Below the pieces are notes generated by a model. That model searched no databases and was not told the DNA's origin. It saw only the letters and a program-made list of their open reading frames with translations. A stretch of 64,000 nucleotides of DNA from an uncultured Chloroflexia bacterium (lineage in GTDB: Bacteria; Chloroflexota; Limnocylindria; QHBO01): positions 169 to 64,168 of the forward strand of contig CAVYGE010000006.1 in assembly GCA_963767985.1 (NCBI GenBank). Direction: 5' to 3'. A program made the position numbers and the translations under genes. This document shows, piece by piece, positions 61,601 to 64,000 of the stretch (position 1 is the first letter of the stretch; the number at the start of each line of letters is the position of its first letter).

Positions 61601-62524
61601 CGGCCCCTCCGTCGCGGAACAGGTCCTCGAGCTGGTGGCGCCGCTGCCTCGATCCGGACGAGCGCCAGGCCGCCGTCGACGGCCTCGTCGCGCACCGCGT
61701 CGTAGATCCGGCCAGGGCATCGGCCTCTGCGTCCCGCGCAGGTCGACCAGCAGCGTTCGGCCGTCGGCTCGGACGCTGTAGCCGCGCGTCGCGAGGCGCT
61801 GCGCGAGGCCGTCGGCGGGCTCCTCCGTCTCGACCAGCGAGCTGGCCGGTCTGGCCGGTGAACGTCTCCAGTGGCGCGGTGCGCAGCAGGCGGCCCGCGT
61901 CGATCGCCACGAGCCACGTTGCGACACGCTCGATCTCGCCCAGCAGGTGGCTGGCGACGATCACGGCGATCCCGAACTCGCGCCCGATGCGTTCGATGAG
62001 CGCCAGCATCTCGTCCCGCCCGGCGGGGTCGAGGCCGTTGGTCGGCTCGTCAAGGAAGAGGAGGCGCGGGTCGTGGACGAGCGCCTGGGCCAGCTTGACC
62101 CGCTGCTTCATGCCGGTCGAGTAGCCGCCGATCGGCCGGTAGCGCTCCTCGTACAGGCCCACGTGGCGCAGGACATCGGCGGTCCGCTCACGCGCCGCGC
62201 CGGTCGGGCAGGCCGGAGACGCGCGCCATGTGGGAAACGAACTCGGTGGCGGAGACATCCGGCGGCAGGCTGTCGTGCTCCGGCATGTAGCCGACGAGCT
62301 CCCGGATCCGCGCGCCCTGCGTGTGCGGTGTCGAGGTCGAGGACGCGGGCGTCACCCTCGGTCGGGTCGAGCAGGCCGAGGAGGATCTTGATCAGCGTGC
62401 TCTTGCCGGCGCCGTTGGCTCCGACGAGGCCGATGATGCCCGATTCCAGCTCGAGGCTGAGGCCGTCGAGCGCGGTCACGCCGGGATAGCGCTTCGTCAG
62501 CGCTCGGGTGCTGATGAGGGGCAT
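61584..62524 (-). CDS. ABC transporter ATP-binding protein (frame breaks)
   Basis: MPLISTRALTKRYPGVTALDGLSLELESGIIGLVGANGAGKSTL, signature GGYSTGMKQR, Walker B LLFLDEPTNGLDP, ASHLLGE. Confidence 0.8.
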
Positions 62525-62796
62525 GCCGCGCCAGTGTACGGGGATGGTGGCCGGCGCGACGGACCTGTGCGGTTGGCCCGGGCGAGCCGGCAGGCCGCGT
62601 CTCGGTCAACCAGGTGATCTTCGCCAGATTCATGCGAGGTGCACATCTGCACGTCAGGACCGCCGGATTGCCGTCAGATGCGCGTCTCAACCTGCAGGAT
62701 GGCGAGAATTGGCCCGCTTCCCGTCACGCGTGCGCACCGGGCATGAATGTGGCGGGAACCGGCATGCGGGGCGCGCCCGAGCTCGCCGTGCCGAGG

Positions 62797-62991
62797 CTAC
62801 ATGTGCGGTTCGTACGACGGGTCGAAGTACTTCGCCGGGTCCTCGCCGAAGTCGAGCTTGCAGCCCTTGCCGCAGAAGTAGTACGTCTCGCCCTCGTGCT
62901 CGGCGGTCAGGCCCTGGGCCGATGCGATCTCGCGGTTGACATCCATGCCGCAGACCGGGTCCTTGGCCGCAGCCATCTCGAGCTCGTTCAT
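62797..62991 (-). CDS. YHS/TRASH-domain metal-binding protein
   Basis: DPVCGMDV...YYFCGKGCKLDF is the canonical YHS motif. Sits directly downstream of the P-type ATPase. Confidence 0.85.
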   Translation of the reverse strand: MNELEMAAAKDPVCGMDVNREIASAQGLTAEHEGETYYFCGKGCKLDFGEDPAKYFDPSYEPHM

Positions 62992-63018
62992 TGCATGCCT
63001 CTCCGTTCTGGTTGAGGG

Positions 63019-64000
<982 letters not shown>

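Overview
This is a high-GC (roughly 70% by eye) bacterial chromosome segment with Actinomycetota-like gene content: F420/LLM oxidoreductase, MazEF, GH15 trehalase-like enzyme, tadA, and frequent GTG starts with 4-nt GTGA/ATGA overlaps. I support about 60 protein genes, 2 tRNAs and an SRP RNA. No rRNA, CRISPR array, transposase or integrase was seen.

Many genes, including essential ones (dnaX, recR), need one or more frame corrections, while several long ORFs are intact. I therefore treat most frame breaks as probable indel errors in the sequence, not as real pseudogenes. Frame-broken genes have approximate ends.

Layout:
- 1-3.1 kb: oxidoreductase fragment and a CPA2 antiporter.
- 3.2-10.6 kb: a co-directional, partly translationally coupled Ser/Thr-phosphorylation cassette. 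It holds two Hanks kinases, a TerY-like vWA domain, a PP2C phosphatase, an FHA-FHA-TM-trypsin-like protease, and an atypical kinase with a Zn ribbon and FHA-like tail.
- 10.6-12.9 kb: two tandem paralogous membrane proteins.
- 13-17.8 kb: orphan Zn-finger protein, tadA, exported caspase-fold protease, MazEF, VOC enzyme and a Cys-rich secreted protein.
- 18-20.9 kb: conserved tRNA-Ser / SRP RNA / dnaX / ybaB / recR block.
- 20.9-22.2 kb: leaderless metzincin-like protein.
- 22.3-27.5 kb: thiolase, ccr and epimerase, interrupted by a cell-wall-binding glycosidase.
- 27.5-31.2 kb: PHP-type hydrolase and a UvrD-like helicase.
- 31.4-38.7 kb: a 7.3 kb Ig-repeat surface protein.
- 38.7-47 kb: assorted housekeeping genes, a collagen-like gene with a 9-nt VNTR, and a malic-enzyme/ABC fragment junction.
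- 48.06-52.95 kb: a lower-GC islet abutting tRNA-Gly, carrying two ECF sigma/anti-sigma pairs.
- 53-64 kb: LLM oxidoreductase, GH15, Zn peptidase, a coupled esterase plus double ABC-2 operon, and YHS plus a copper P-type ATPase.

The best candidate for an undescribed system is the 3.2-10.6 kb phospho-signalling cassette, whose apparent output is an FHA-gated membrane protease.
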